NCBI GenBank assembly: GCA_965249555.1
Contig: OZ252243.1
Coordinates: forward strand, 256,001-320,000
Source of the DNA: Nitrosopumilus sp.
GTDB lineage: Archaea > Thermoproteota > Nitrososphaeria > Nitrososphaerales > Nitrosopumilaceae
Reading direction: 5' to 3'
Length of the DNA: 64,000 nucleotides
The notes below the pieces were generated by a model. The model saw only the letters and a list, made by a program, of their open reading frames with translations. It was not told where the DNA came from and did no database searches. Positions 1 to 10,484 of the stretch are shown here, in pieces. Numbering within the stretch: position 1 is the first letter of the stretch; each line of letters starts with the position of its first letter. A program made the translations under genes and the position numbers.

Positions 1-650
1 TAATCACCGTGTTGAATTACGGATGCACCAGTCTTTGAGATCTCAATGTTGCTTGAATCAGATGCACGTGCAGCATCCAGAATTTGCGACGAAATAAACT
101 CCAGATAATCTTTAGAAAGTATATCATCATTAAGCGTAGTTAATGAAAAATTACCAGGCTTTCCTCTTTTTGCTAAAGGATGTTGATTTTCTTTTAGATG
201 AACACTCATTGTCTCAGCATCAAAAAATTTTAAAAATTCTAATGTTTCATTTTTAATAATAAATTTAAGAAATACTGTTTCAACATCTTCAGCTTGTGCA
301 ACTAGATGTTGAACATTATCTGATGTGTAAAGAACAGCATTATTTTGTTTAGCCATATCAGTGATGAGAGCATCAATTCTACCACTGTTTGCAAGTCTAA
401 TATCATCAGCAGAAGGATGAGATCCCTTCAAAACTATATTCAAACCATAACCTCCAGATAATTCTTTAAGTTTTTGAATTTTTTCTAATCCTGCAAAACC
501 TTGTTTCTTTTTACCAGATGCTTGAGATTGTAATTCATCAAAAACTGCTTGAGGAATTATAATTTCAGAATTTCTAATTGAACCTGCTTCTATCTGTGCA
601 ATTAGTTGGCCATTAATTATAACACTAGTATCAGCAACAATTTTTGACAA
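1..650 (-). CDS. PIN-domain ATPase (PINA/VirB11-like), N-terminal part; continues beyond the window start
   Basis: Manual translation from TTG at 650: LSKIVADTSVIINGQL...IIIPQAVFDELQSQA...IDALITDMAKQNNAVLYTSD (PIN motifs), then FFDAETMSVHLKE typical of archaeal PINA. Confidence 0.85.
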   Translation of the reverse strand, partial: MSKIVADTSVIINGQLIAQIEAGSIRNSEIIIPQAVFDELQSQASGKKKQGFAGLEKIQKLKELSGGYGLNIVLKGSHPSADDIRLANSGRIDALITDMAKQNNAVLYTSDNVQHLVAQAEDVETVFLKFIIKNETLEFLKFFDAETMSVHLKENQHPLAKRGKPGNFSLTTLNDDILSKDYLEFISSQILDAARASDSSNIEISKTGASVIQHGD

Positions 651-811
651 GTTTTCTATCTATTTTGTTATAAATTTATTCCCTAAATTACTTTGCTAAA
701 ATTTCAGTTATTGCTTTTAAGACACCATTAAAATCAAATGGTTTTGAAATATAAGATGAGGCACCACATTCCAAACACTGATTGGTAACTTTTTGATCAT
801 CACTTGCAGTA

Positions 812-1210
812 ATGAGAATAATTTTTGCTTTAGGATCAATTTGCATTACTTCTTTGACAACAGTCAGTCATGGAAATACAATGCGATATTCAACCCACCA
901 AGCTGATGTCAGAACAATTAATGAAGTGAGTGCTTTTGTTCTTCCAAATAATCAACATCCAGAATTATTTGATCCTAGACAACAAGGAGCATTAAGAGAT
1001 GAGGACTTGGCAGAACAGGATATAGAATGTGAAACACTACGTGAAAATTTTAGTGTTTATAAAATGGATAATAGTGATGTTGTTAGTTTGAAAACCGTTG
1101 TAGGTGAGATTTCTAAATTTAAAATATACACTCGTACTGGAGAACCTATTTACAATGTTCATCCAACACCCGTTTTAAAAATTAAGAAACAAGAACAACA
1201 AAAAAGATAA
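812..1210 (+). CDS. hypothetical protein; N-terminus possibly degenerate
   Basis: 132-aa ORF; C-terminal half (ENFSVYK...GEPIYNV) resembles a small archaeal conserved domain. Confidence 0.45.
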   Translation: MRIIFALGSICITSLTTVSHGNTMRYSTHQADVRTINEVSAFVLPNNQHPELFDPRQQGALRDEDLAEQDIECETLRENFSVYKMDNSDVVSLKTVVGEISKFKIYTRTGEPIYNVHPTPVLKIKKQEQQKR

Positions 1211-1417
1211 GCACAAACATACATTTCAATTCTCTTAATTATTATTACTTCATTAGTAACCACAAGTTATAATCATAATTCTTGAGAGGTTTATGTCATT
1301 CCTGTTGGTCAAGCAACGTACCTTTGATACTAGATAGCTTCCCTATCTGCAATGCCTGCAAGTGCAAGAAATTCTTACACTTGGATAATTAGCTTTATGT
1401 ACATACATTAATTCCAA

Positions 1418-1537
1418 ATGATAATGAAATTAATGATGAAAATAACCACAATGACTTCACTGGCCATTCTGATGTTAATACCAATGTCAGCTATGGCACA
1501 AACACCAGGACAAGAAGATCTTATCCAAGAACTGTAA
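1418..1537 (+). pseudogene. signal-peptide-only remnant of a secreted protein gene
   Basis: MIMKLMMKITTMTSLAILMLIPMSAMAQTPGQEDLIQEL*; signal peptide ending AMA-Q, then an early stop. Confidence 0.35.
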
Positions 1538-1660
1538 ATGAATGGTTACCAGAAAATCTAATTTTTGTAATACTTTAGATGTAAGTGGCGAAATATCCAT
1601 TGCCAATCTTTATTCATACAATAACATCTATTGATAAACTAATGTATAACAGCCAAGTTA

Positions 1661-1798
1661 TTATTTTTTGCAATGACTTTTATAAAAATCCAAATCTTTT
1701 TTATTTTCTTCTATTTCTTTAGCAGTAAGTCTTCTAGAGTCATATTCTAAAAATGCGTTAACTGCCTTTCCCTTAAGTTTTAATGTTTCTTCCATCAT
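1661..1798 (-). CDS. small hypothetical protein (45 aa)
   Basis: MMEETLKLKGKAVNAFLEYDSRRLTAKEIEENKKDLDFYKSHCKK*; AGGTGA SD-like motif upstream. Confidence 0.45.
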   Translation of the reverse strand: MMEETLKLKGKAVNAFLEYDSRRLTAKEIEENKKDLDFYKSHCKK

Positions 1799-1944
1799 TT
1801 TTTATCACCTATATTTGCCCATTGTCAAACTCATTTTGGTATAATATAAAACAATAGCGATTAACATTTCTCACATGTAATACATATTTTTGAATTTCCA
1901 TTAAGATTAGACGACTCACCTACTTTCTTCCCACATTTGGTGCA

Positions 1945-2287
1945 ATGTATGATCAAGATAGAATAATGCAAGTAATGACAAATCTAATCAAAAACAGTTT
2001 AGTTGCAGTTCAGCCAAATACAGGTAAAATTGAAATTGTAATGGAGAATCTTCCTACTGAGATAAAAATAAACATAAAAGACAAGAGTGGGAGTTTCTGC
2101 AGAAAAACAAAAAGAGTTATTTAAAAAATTCTACCAAGTTGACGCCACACTTACCAGAGAAAGAGGTGGAAGTGAATTAGGTCTTGCAATATGTAAAGGA
2201 ATTATTGAAAACCACAGAGGAGAAATATCCATGAGGAATGTGATAAATCAGAGAGCCAGTCTCATTTACACTTCCAAAAGCATCTGA
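1945..2287 (+). pseudogene. histidine kinase HATPase_c fragment, frameshifted
   Basis: DQDRIMQVMTNLIKNS (N box), frameshift near 2085 at the G1 box, then LFKKFYQVD...GGSELGLAICKGII (F and G2 boxes); no sensor or HisKA part. Confidence 0.8.
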
Positions 2288-2558
2288 GCATCCCATAAAT
2301 TCTGCTTAAAGAAAACATACTTTCAGAACTAAAATTACTCACTCTCTTGAAAAAATGTACATTTAGCCAAAGAAAGCATGATACAAGAAAGCAGTAAAAA
2401 TAGCGAATTTTACAAAAATTGTGCAGAGTATTTTGAATTTCTACGTAAAAAAGGCACAACAGACTATGATTTTGAAGATGAATACTACTTTACAATGCCT
2501 GCAATTTCAAATCAGTGAAATACAGAAGATTTAGGAATCCCCCTAAATGTCATAAATC

Positions 2559-3980
2559 ATGGATTCATGCCTACAAGATCTGGCCGATAAAGCAATTAGA
2601 TATGCAACAGATTCTGGGGCTCAATATTGTGACGCCAGGGCAGAACAGCAAGAAAGAAAATCAGCACTAATTGAGAATGGAGAGACAGAGCATGTTAGAA
2701 CCAACAAGGATGTTGGAATAGGAATTAGATTAGTAAGAGAAGGAGTTTGGAGTTTTTGTTCAATTACAAATCCAAATTCTGTTGAACAAATCAAAGAGAG
2801 GGTGGATGATGCTCTCAAAAATTCGTCACATTATGCAAAAAATAAAAAAAATAAAATTAATCTATATCCAAATTCTGTCAATAAAACTAGGATAAATTTT
2901 CCAGTATTAAAAAAACCAGAATTAGAAGAATTAATGAAGATTGGATTTGAATGCAATAAAATTATTTTAGATACACCAAGAATTATCAAATCAATTGTTA
3001 ATTCATGGTATACGACTAATTCAAAATATTTTGTAAACAGTGAAGGCTCAGAAATTATACAAAATTTTACAGATGTAGTAGTAGATATGGTAGCTACTGC
3101 TCATGAATCAGGACTCACACAATCAATAAACATAACAGAAGGAGGCAGAGGAGGAATGGAGCAAATCAGTAATAAAAATAAGATTCAACAGAGTGCACAA
3201 GAGATTGCACTAAAAGCATCACAGTTAATTGATGCAAAACCTGCAAAAGAAGAAAAAACAACAGTTGTAATGAATCCAGATTTTGTATCATTACTTACAC
3301 ATGAGATATTAGGTCATCCATCAGAAGCAGACAGGGTTTTAGGAAAAGAGATGGCGTGGGCCGGCGGTGCATGGTGGAAAGGAAAGATTGGGGAAAAAAT
3401 TGGATCAGAGAAACTAAATGTGTTTGATGATCCCACCATCAAAGAAAGTTTAGGATGGTATTATTTTGATGATGAAGGAGTAAAAACTAAGAAAACCACA
3501 CTTGTTGAAAATGGAATTTTAAAAAATCATATGCAAAATAGAGAAACTGCAAAAATTTTTGATACACCATCCACTGGAAATATGAGGGCAACAAACTACA
3601 GATTCATGCCTTTGATTCGTATGGCATGCACCTGTATTGGAAATGGGGATTGGAATGTTAATGAGATGATAAAAGAAGTCAAAAATGGCTACCTAATATC
3701 AAATATGAAGATTCCCTCAATTGACATGAAACGATACAATTGGAGTATTTCATGCCAATACGCACAAAAAATTGAGAACGGTGAGATTACAGATTTACTA
3801 AGAGACGTAATTGTGATGGGGACAGCCCCAGAATTTTTTGAATCAATTGACGCTTGTGGAAATGATTTCACCATAAGACCAATAACTAATTGCGGAAAAG
3901 GGGATCCTATGCAATCAATGATAATGGGTAATGGTGGACCATCAGTACGAGGAATTGCAACAGTAAAGAGTGTAAATTAG
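2559..3980 (+). CDS. tldD: TldD/PmbA family metalloprotease
   Basis: HEILGHPSEAD zinc motif, FDDEGV, CGKG...GGP C-terminus. Confidence 0.9.
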   Translation: MDSCLQDLADKAIRYATDSGAQYCDARAEQQERKSALIENGETEHVRTNKDVGIGIRLVREGVWSFCSITNPNSVEQIKERVDDALKNSSHYAKNKKNKINLYPNSVNKTRINFPVLKKPELEELMKIGFECNKIILDTPRIIKSIVNSWYTTNSKYFVNSEGSEIIQNFTDVVVDMVATAHESGLTQSINITEGGRGGMEQISNKNKIQQSAQEIALKASQLIDAKPAKEEKTTVVMNPDFVSLLTHEILGHPSEADRVLGKEMAWAGGAWWKGKIGEKIGSEKLNVFDDPTIKESLGWYYFDDEGVKTKKTTLVENGILKNHMQNRETAKIFDTPSTGNMRATNYRFMPLIRMACTCIGNGDWNVNEMIKEVKNGYLISNMKIPSIDMKRYNWSISCQYAQKIENGEITDLLRDVIVMGTAPEFFESIDACGNDFTIRPITNCGKGDPMQSMIMGNGGPSVRGIATVKSVN

Positions 3981-3983
3981 AAA

Positions 3984-4577
3984 ATGAATCAAGAATTAGA
4001 GACAATTAAACAAAATGTCATAAAATGCACAAAGTGTGATCTTTGTAAAACAAGAACCAACGCAGTGCCAGGTAAAGGAAATTTTCAATCAGATGTGATC
4101 TTTGTTGGTGAGGCACCAGGAAGAAACGAGGATAAAAATGGGGAACCATTTATCGGAGTTGCGGGAAAAAAACTATCCATTGCACTTGACGAAGCAGGAA
4201 TTTCAAGAGAGGATGTCTACATCACAAACATTGTAAAGTGCAGACCGCCAAACAATAGAGTTCCAAATACAAATGAACGAGACACATGTAAAGAATATCT
4301 AAAACAAGAGATATCCATAATCAAACCAAAAATTATTTGCATTTTAGGAAATACTGCATTTAATTCAATTTTAGGAGGATCTGAGATTATAAAATTCAGG
4401 GGCAAAGTAGTACGAAAAGACAATTTATTATATTTTCTAACGATTCATCCAGCTGCTACAATATACAATCAAAAATTAATTGATGTATTAAAAAATGATA
4501 TCATAAGACTGTTTGAACTGATTAAAGAATTGAAAAATAACAAAGGGGTCACAATAGATATTGAATATACTTCCTAG
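3984..4577 (+). CDS. udg: uracil-DNA glycosylase family 4 (Fe-S)
   Basis: CxxCxLC, VGEAPG, VKCRPPNNR, HPAA motifs. Confidence 0.95.
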   Translation: MNQELETIKQNVIKCTKCDLCKTRTNAVPGKGNFQSDVIFVGEAPGRNEDKNGEPFIGVAGKKLSIALDEAGISREDVYITNIVKCRPPNNRVPNTNERDTCKEYLKQEISIIKPKIICILGNTAFNSILGGSEIIKFRGKVVRKDNLLYFLTIHPAATIYNQKLIDVLKNDIIRLFELIKELKNNKGVTIDIEYTS

Positions 4578-5112
4578 AGAATTTTATTTGAAAAATACAG
4601 TTACTGTTGCAAAAAATCTTCTAGGGAAAAGAATTGTCAGAAAAATTGGCAGACAGGAGATATCAGGGATAATTATAGAAACTGAAGCATACAGACACAA
4701 GGATGATCCTGCAAGTCATGCATTTAGAAAAATTACTGAAAGAAACAAAGTAATGTTTGGAGATGTCGGAATGGCTTATGTTTATTTCACCTATGGAATG
4801 CATTATTGTTTTAATGTAGTAGCAAAAAATCCAAAAATTGCGGCAGGCGCAGTTCTTATTCGTGCAATTCAACCCGAAAAAGGAATCAAGATAATGCAAG
4901 AGAACAGAGGAGATGTAAATGTGAAAAGTCTCACAAATGGACCTGCAAAATTAACTCAAGCCTTGGAAATAACAAAGGAACATTATGGTGTAGATTTAAC
5001 AAAGCATCCAAAATTATTCATTACAGATGGAATAAAACCAGTAAAGATTTTGGCATCACCAAGAATAGGGATTAAAGAAGCAACTGACAAGTTATGGAAT
5101 TTTAAAATTTAA
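4561..5112 (+). CDS. mpg: 3-methyladenine DNA glycosylase (MPG/AAG type)
   Basis: IIETEAY, YVYFTYGMHYCFNVV, AVLIRA, NGPAKL, PRIGI. Confidence 0.95.
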   Translation: MNILPREFYLKNTVTVAKNLLGKRIVRKIGRQEISGIIIETEAYRHKDDPASHAFRKITERNKVMFGDVGMAYVYFTYGMHYCFNVVAKNPKIAAGAVLIRAIQPEKGIKIMQENRGDVNVKSLTNGPAKLTQALEITKEHYGVDLTKHPKLFITDGIKPVKILASPRIGIKEATDKLWNFKI

Positions 5113-5585
5113 TCTTCTTCTGGATTGTTTTCGTCTAGAGTCCATGGAGCCAATTTCCCCACAACTCGTACCCAATCCAACCCCAAAAGCAAAACTACAA
5201 TTGCAGTCATTATTGCTCCAGAAATAATAATTCCAATGTAAACAGGTGTTGCATCATCAATGGTTGCCACAAAAGGTTGCTGCAACAGATGCTGCTGCGC
5301 CATATTTCTTAACTAGTCTCTCAAATGGACGCATTCTCTTTCGGGTTTTTTCACTAATTTCTCCCACGAGAGCTAACAAAAAATATAGTTTGTTTTGCCG
5401 CAGTGGCAGTAATTGCAGACAGTATTGCTAAAACATGCAGATCATACGAGTCACCAACAGACATTGCAGCAAGCAACAAAAATCCAGATAAAGGAAAAGG
5501 GCACAAGTGAGCCAATGAAATTGACTAAAGCCAAACTGGGATAACCTACTTTTGGAGCAAACGGAGATAGGTCAGCAAAATCCAC
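5109..5585 (-). pseudogene. DedA/VTT-like membrane protein, frameshifted and internally deleted
   Basis: Fragments in different frames: (V)DF.DLSPFAPKVGY, VLAILSAITATAAKQ, KRMRPFERLVKKYGAAA, DDATPVYIGIIISGAIM. Confidence 0.6.
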
Positions 5586-5662
5586 AGATCAAACTATTTT
5601 CAGGCATTATTTATTGAAAACAAATATTTTCAAGGCTTTAAACAAATGAAAATGAAGCAATA

Positions 5663-6175
5663 GTGGTAATGAGTTATGAAATAATTATGGAATATTATCA
5701 ACAGATACAGGATATTCTAGCTAATAATGCATTTCAAGATTATGGAATAATTGGATTATTTCTCAATTCATTGTTGTCAGCTACTGCAATACCATTGCCG
5801 ACTGAAATTTTGACATCTGCTTTACTGATAGGTGGAGAAAATGTGTTCTTTGTTGGTTTTGTGTTAGGTTTAGGATCTATAATTGGTGGCGTACTGAATT
5901 ATTTTATTGGATTTGGCGGAAACAAACTAGTCAATAAATTCAGGAAAAAGAAAAACAATAATGATGTCAAACATGAAAAGAAAGGCAACAAATTACTTGA
6001 TAAATTTGGTTGGGGGGCAGTGTTTTTTTCATCATGGATTCCAGTGATTGGAGATTTTATTTTAATTTCTGCTGGTGCAAAAAAAATGAAATTTGCCAAG
6101 TTCATTGCATTTATGGTCACAGGTAAAATGGTAAAGACGATTGCTGTGGTATCAGGATTTGCGTTAGTCTTTTGA
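5663..6175 (+). CDS. DedA/YqaA (VTT domain) membrane protein
   Basis: LSATAIPLPTE, GSIIGGVLNYFIG, WIPVIGD motifs. Confidence 0.85.
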   Translation: MVMSYEIIMEYYQQIQDILANNAFQDYGIIGLFLNSLLSATAIPLPTEILTSALLIGGENVFFVGFVLGLGSIIGGVLNYFIGFGGNKLVNKFRKKKNNNDVKHEKKGNKLLDKFGWGAVFFSSWIPVIGDFILISAGAKKMKFAKFIAFMVTGKMVKTIAVVSGFALVF

Positions 6176-6288
6176 GATGTATTTCAATTGATGTACGATT
6201 AACGTCAATGTTAAACAGGATTTATGAAAAAAGTTCACGCTAACATTGAAACAATCATTAAAATATCATATTTTTACAACCAAATCAA

Positions 6289-6663
6289 ATGACTAATAAC
6301 GACTATGAAAAAATTTGTGGCAACATAGCAGCCATAAGTCCATTTATCAGATTTGTAGGCGTGGTTGGCGAGAGTGGAGAGTTAATGGCATATAGAAGAA
6401 GAAAAGACCTAGAACCGCTTTTGGATGCTAAAAATACAAAGTATCAATTTTCACATATTGCAATAAAGACTGATCTAGAAGGATTTTTTGATAAGAATTT
6501 AGGAGAAATTGAATTTGTTTGGGAAGAAAGGACAAAAGTACAGATCATTTCTTTTGCAATTAAAAAAGTTAGAGTATGGATATCAATTGATAAAAAAGTT
6601 TTAAGAACTGAAATGTTAAGAATCATAGATGCATGTTTACCAATTGTAAAAATACATTCTTAA
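6289..6663 (+). CDS. conserved thaumarchaeal protein (DUF6659/roadblock-like)
   Basis: IRFVGVVGESGELMAY...LGEIEFVWEERTKV pattern. Confidence 0.6.
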   Translation: MTNNDYEKICGNIAAISPFIRFVGVVGESGELMAYRRRKDLEPLLDAKNTKYQFSHIAIKTDLEGFFDKNLGEIEFVWEERTKVQIISFAIKKVRVWISIDKKVLRTEMLRIIDACLPIVKIHS

Positions 6664-6703
6664 GCATCAAACAAGTTATTGTGGTCAGTAATTCAATTTA
6701 GAA

Positions 6704-7642
6704 TTATTTTTTGTCCTCATAAAGCCAACATCTAACATAACCAGTTTTGGTTTTGAATTTTGGAGGAACCTGTTTACATTTGTCAACTACCAAAGGACAC
6801 CTGTCTATAAATCGACATTCTGTTGGCGCTTCAAGTAAGCTTGGAGGAATTCCTTTGATGTATTTTGGAGTACCTCCTTTTAGTGTAGGGATTGATTCTA
6901 AGAGTCCTTGAGTGTAAGGGTGTTTTGGATTTTTGTAAATTTCTTGTGAAGAACCAAATTCCACCATTTGTCCACCATACATTATTCCAATTTTATCTGA
7001 AATTTCAGATAATACTGCCAAGTCATGCGTGATTAGCATAAAAGACATACCACCTTTTTTGAGGTTTTTTAATAAATTCACAATCTGCGCTTGAATTAGT
7101 ACATCAAGTGCAGTAGTTGGTTCATCAGCAATTACAAATTTTGGCTTGAGAAGAAGGGCCATTGCAATAACTACCCTTTGTTTCATTCCGCCACTTAGCT
7201 CATGAGGATATTTTTTCAAAACAGATTCATCAAGACTGACTGAATGGATTGCATCTGAAATTACTTGTTTAATATCACCATCAAAGTTATGTTGTTTTAG
7301 AATTTCAAGGAATTGTTCTTTTATAGTATAAACAGGATCTAGCGAATTCATCGCACCTTGAAAAACCATCGAAATTTTTTTCCATCGATATTCTTCATCA
7401 AAATCAGATTCCTTCATCTCTAAAATGGATTTACCATCAAAAAAAATCTCACCTTCAGTCTTTCCACCAGAAAGCATTCGAATAAGAGATAATCCCAATG
7501 TACTTTTCCCACACGCACTCTCACCTGCAATTCCTATTGATTGTCCATCTTCTAATTCAAAATCTACATCATCAACTGCATAAACTGGATCTTTGGATGT
7601 TGTGTATCTTGCAGATAGTCCTTTAACAGATAGGAAGGTCAT
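6704..7642 (-). CDS. oligopeptide/dipeptide ABC transporter ATP-binding protein
   Basis: GESACGKST, LSGGMKQR, ADEPTTALD, HPYT, CRFIDRC. Confidence 0.95.
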   Translation of the reverse strand: MTFLSVKGLSARYTTSKDPVYAVDDVDFELEDGQSIGIAGESACGKSTLGLSLIRMLSGGKTEGEIFFDGKSILEMKESDFDEEYRWKKISMVFQGAMNSLDPVYTIKEQFLEILKQHNFDGDIKQVISDAIHSVSLDESVLKKYPHELSGGMKQRVVIAMALLLKPKFVIADEPTTALDVLIQAQIVNLLKNLKKGGMSFMLITHDLAVLSEISDKIGIMYGGQMVEFGSSQEIYKNPKHPYTQGLLESIPTLKGGTPKYIKGIPPSLLEAPTECRFIDRCPLVVDKCKQVPPKFKTKTGYVRCWLYEDKK

Positions 7643-7724
7643 GTATATTTTAGATCCAAACTAGAATTTCTGTTTTGCACTAAGGGATATAAACGACTTT
7701 ATCAGAATGAAAAAGTCGATTCAA

Positions 7725-8230
7725 ATGAAACTTCCAATTTGCGGTTTTGATGCTAAAAATGCTATTTTATGTACTTCGTGTGAAGAAAAAGTGGATTCAG
7801 GTGAACTTGCACAAACAGATGTTGATGCATCAATTATTCTTGCAAAAATGGGAAAAACAGACAAGTGGAGAGTTTTACATTATATTCTTGTAAAGAGTTT
7901 AAGGGAAATTTTGTTTTGTCATTAGCAAAAAATGACATTGTGGGAATCAGGCAAAGCCGGACCATATACAGGCAGATTCAAGATCAATTCAAAGGTAAGA
8001 TTTGGCTAGAAGCAGATGAGACAGACAGAAGATTCATCGAAGATTTGTTCTCTCCAACCAAAATTCTGTCATTTAACTCAGTTTGGGCGCCTGGAAATAC
8101 TCAAAAGACCAAAGCTGCAATATCAGGCAAGTGGGCTCCAAGATTTCCCATAGATGCAGAAAAGGTTGTACAAATTGTAAAAAATGCCCGAAACCTTGAC
8201 ATTGAGATAGAATTTGAGGATAAAAGGTAA
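7725..8230 (+). pseudogene. archaeal NusA-like Zn/KH protein, split by a frameshift near 7865
   Basis: MKLPICGFDAKNAILCTSCE in one frame continues as ESFTLYSCKEFKGN...FIEDLFSP in another. Confidence 0.7.
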
Positions 8231-8235
8231 AGAAT

Positions 8236-9522
8236 ATGGTTTTTGTTAAAACTCACGACATTTCAGAACTAACTACAGAGTTGATTGGAAAACAAGTAGT
8301 GTTAGGAGGATGGATTGAAGATCTTCGAAAATTAGGAAAGATGACATTTATCACACTACGTGATGTGTCAGGAATTTCTCAAATTATTGTCAAGGGGGAA
8401 TTAAATGACACACTAGATGAAATTAATCGTCAAAGTGTAGTACGAGTAAAGGGAATAGTGCAAGAAACTAAAGCTCGAGATTTTTCCTTTGAGGTGAAAG
8501 CAGAAGAGATTGAAGTTTTATCTAAAGCCATCCATCCGTTACCAGTTGATCCAATTGGGAGATTAGAGAGTAATATCGACACAAGACTGAATCATCGTGC
8601 ACTAGACATGAGAAACCAAAAGACAGCTTCAATTTTTAAATTACGTCATCACGTATTGCAATCATTACGTAAAACATTATCAGAAAGAAAATTCTTGGAA
8701 ATTACAACTCCCAAAATTATCGGCAGTGCAAGTGAAGGTGGTGCAGACTTGTTTTCACTAGACTATTTTGGAAAGACAGCATACCTTGCACAAAGTCCTC
8801 AACTATACAAAGAACAGATGACGATTGGTTTGGAGCGAGTCTTTGAGATTTCAAACTTTTATCGTGCTGAGAATTCCCATACAGGACGCCACTTGACAGA
8901 ATTTACCAGCATCGACATTGAAGCTGCATTTATGGACTATGATGACGTAATGGATGTTTTAGAATATTTAGTACTAGAAGTTTACAAATTTGTATCAGAG
9001 AAATGTAAGAAGGAGCAGGAAGTGATTGGTCATGCCATTAAAGTTCCTTCATCACCATTTGAGAGAATCACCTACAAAGATTGTATTGAGGAATTGAAAA
9101 AAGAGGGAGAGAAAGTAGAATTTGGAGATGACTTGCTTGATTCACATCTCAGAATTATAGGAAAGAATCATCCAGGATTTTACTTTTTGATTGACTGGCC
9201 AATGAAACTAAAACCATTTTACATACGAGAAAAAGATGATGATGTAACATTGTCTCGTTCATTTGATTTGCAATACGGATTTCTTGAATTATCCTCTGGC
9301 GGAACAAGACTTCACAATCCAGAGATACTAAAAGCAAGACTAGCAGAGCAAGGCTTGGATCCTGCACAATTTATAGACCATCTAAAAACATTTGATTGGG
9401 GAATGCCACCACACTCTGGTTGGGGAATGGGATTAGACAGATTAATGACTACACTGATTGGAGTTGATAATGTACGTGAAGTTGTATTGTATCCTAGAGA
9501 TCCCGATAGGTTGAGTCCATGA
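8236..9522 (+). CDS. aspS: aspartyl-tRNA synthetase (archaeal type)
   Basis: OB-fold N-terminus, LAQSPQLYK, RAENSHTGRHLTEF, GMPPHSGWGMGLDR. Confidence 0.97.
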   Translation: MVFVKTHDISELTTELIGKQVVLGGWIEDLRKLGKMTFITLRDVSGISQIIVKGELNDTLDEINRQSVVRVKGIVQETKARDFSFEVKAEEIEVLSKAIHPLPVDPIGRLESNIDTRLNHRALDMRNQKTASIFKLRHHVLQSLRKTLSERKFLEITTPKIIGSASEGGADLFSLDYFGKTAYLAQSPQLYKEQMTIGLERVFEISNFYRAENSHTGRHLTEFTSIDIEAAFMDYDDVMDVLEYLVLEVYKFVSEKCKKEQEVIGHAIKVPSSPFERITYKDCIEELKKEGEKVEFGDDLLDSHLRIIGKNHPGFYFLIDWPMKLKPFYIREKDDDVTLSRSFDLQYGFLELSSGGTRLHNPEILKARLAEQGLDPAQFIDHLKTFDWGMPPHSGWGMGLDRLMTTLIGVDNVREVVLYPRDPDRLSP

Positions 9523-9764
9523 TAGAAGCTAGTGATGCAAAAAAAGTAGTCGAGGTGATTGGAAATAATCTGATTGGGGTATCTCATGATTCAAATAATT
9601 ATCAGAAACTACCAGACTCTTTTTGGGGATACTTTGCAAGAGGGCATGACACAAAAGGAAAATTCGGAGTCATAGTGACTTATTCTGAGGACGGAAAAGA
9701 CGTCGATGAACTAATCAAGATGTATGAAGATTGGGCAAAGAAAAATAAAACAAAATCAGAATAG
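9519..9764 (+). CDS. hypothetical protein
   Basis: 81-aa ORF translationally coupled to aspS (ATGA overlap). Confidence 0.7.
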   Translation: MIEASDAKKVVEVIGNNLIGVSHDSNNYQKLPDSFWGYFARGHDTKGKFGVIVTYSEDGKDVDELIKMYEDWAKKNKTKSE

Positions 9765-9765
9765 T

Positions 9766-9897
9766 CTATCTGGTATCTTTCAGTAATTTGCGATAATCTT
9801 CACATTCTTCACAAATTGGTTTTCCTTTGTATTTCGGATTGCCATCTTTAATTTTAAGTGTACCTGGGACAATCTTGCAAATACAGCATACTACCAT
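9766..9897 (-). CDS. small zinc-finger protein (43 aa)
   Basis: MVVCCICKIVPGTLKIKDGNPKYKGKPICEECEDYRKLLKDTR*; two CxxC pairs. Confidence 0.6.
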   Translation of the reverse strand: MVVCCICKIVPGTLKIKDGNPKYKGKPICEECEDYRKLLKDTR

Positions 9898-10011
9898 GAA
9901 TGAAGATAAAAAATGGTATTAATAAAAATTCCCAAATTTGGTAAGAAAAATATTTCCCATTTTTGAGAAATTCCATATATGATTAAATTAGAAATTCACA
10001 ACATATTACTA

Positions 10012-10122
10012 ATGCCTATTTGGATTTGTACAAATTGTGACATGACGATGACTTTGGCTGAAAACATTACAAATGCATCATGTCCAAATTGTGGTAAGAA
10101 AATGACTCAGATATCAGAGTGA
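10012..10122 (+). CDS. small zinc-ribbon protein (36 aa)
   Basis: MPIWICTNCDMTMTLAENITNASCPNCGKKMTQISE*; CxxC...CPxCG. Confidence 0.6.
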   Translation: MPIWICTNCDMTMTLAENITNASCPNCGKKMTQISE

Positions 10123-10208
10123 ATTATTTTATCCGATTATCTCAAATATTGAAAAATTTGAAGTTTTTTGCCAGTTTGTGAAAAAATAATAATCTTTTTC
10201 AATTTACA

Positions 10209-10424
10209 TTGAGGGAATTTAGTGCAAATATGGGTTTCACTTATTCAGTAAAGCCAAAAAATCCTAATTTTTCACAAAAAGAGTTTTTCAAAATTGCACA
10301 AATAAAACCCAGCGAGGCACACTGGTATATCATAGAAGAATACGGCAGAGCTGCAGTGAGTTATTTTGAATTCTTTATGCCTGAGCATACGTTACTGTAT
10401 AGATGGTCAGATGAGAATCCATAG
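10209..10424 (+). CDS. hypothetical protein
   Basis: ORF only; start may be the internal ATG (MGFTYSVK). Confidence 0.45.
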   Translation: MREFSANMGFTYSVKPKNPNFSQKEFFKIAQIKPSEAHWYIIEEYGRAAVSYFEFFMPEHTLLYRWSDENP

Positions 10425-10484
10425 ATTCCAGAAGATTATCGATAATCAATTAATTTTAATTCTTGTGAAATTTCAGCATCTATT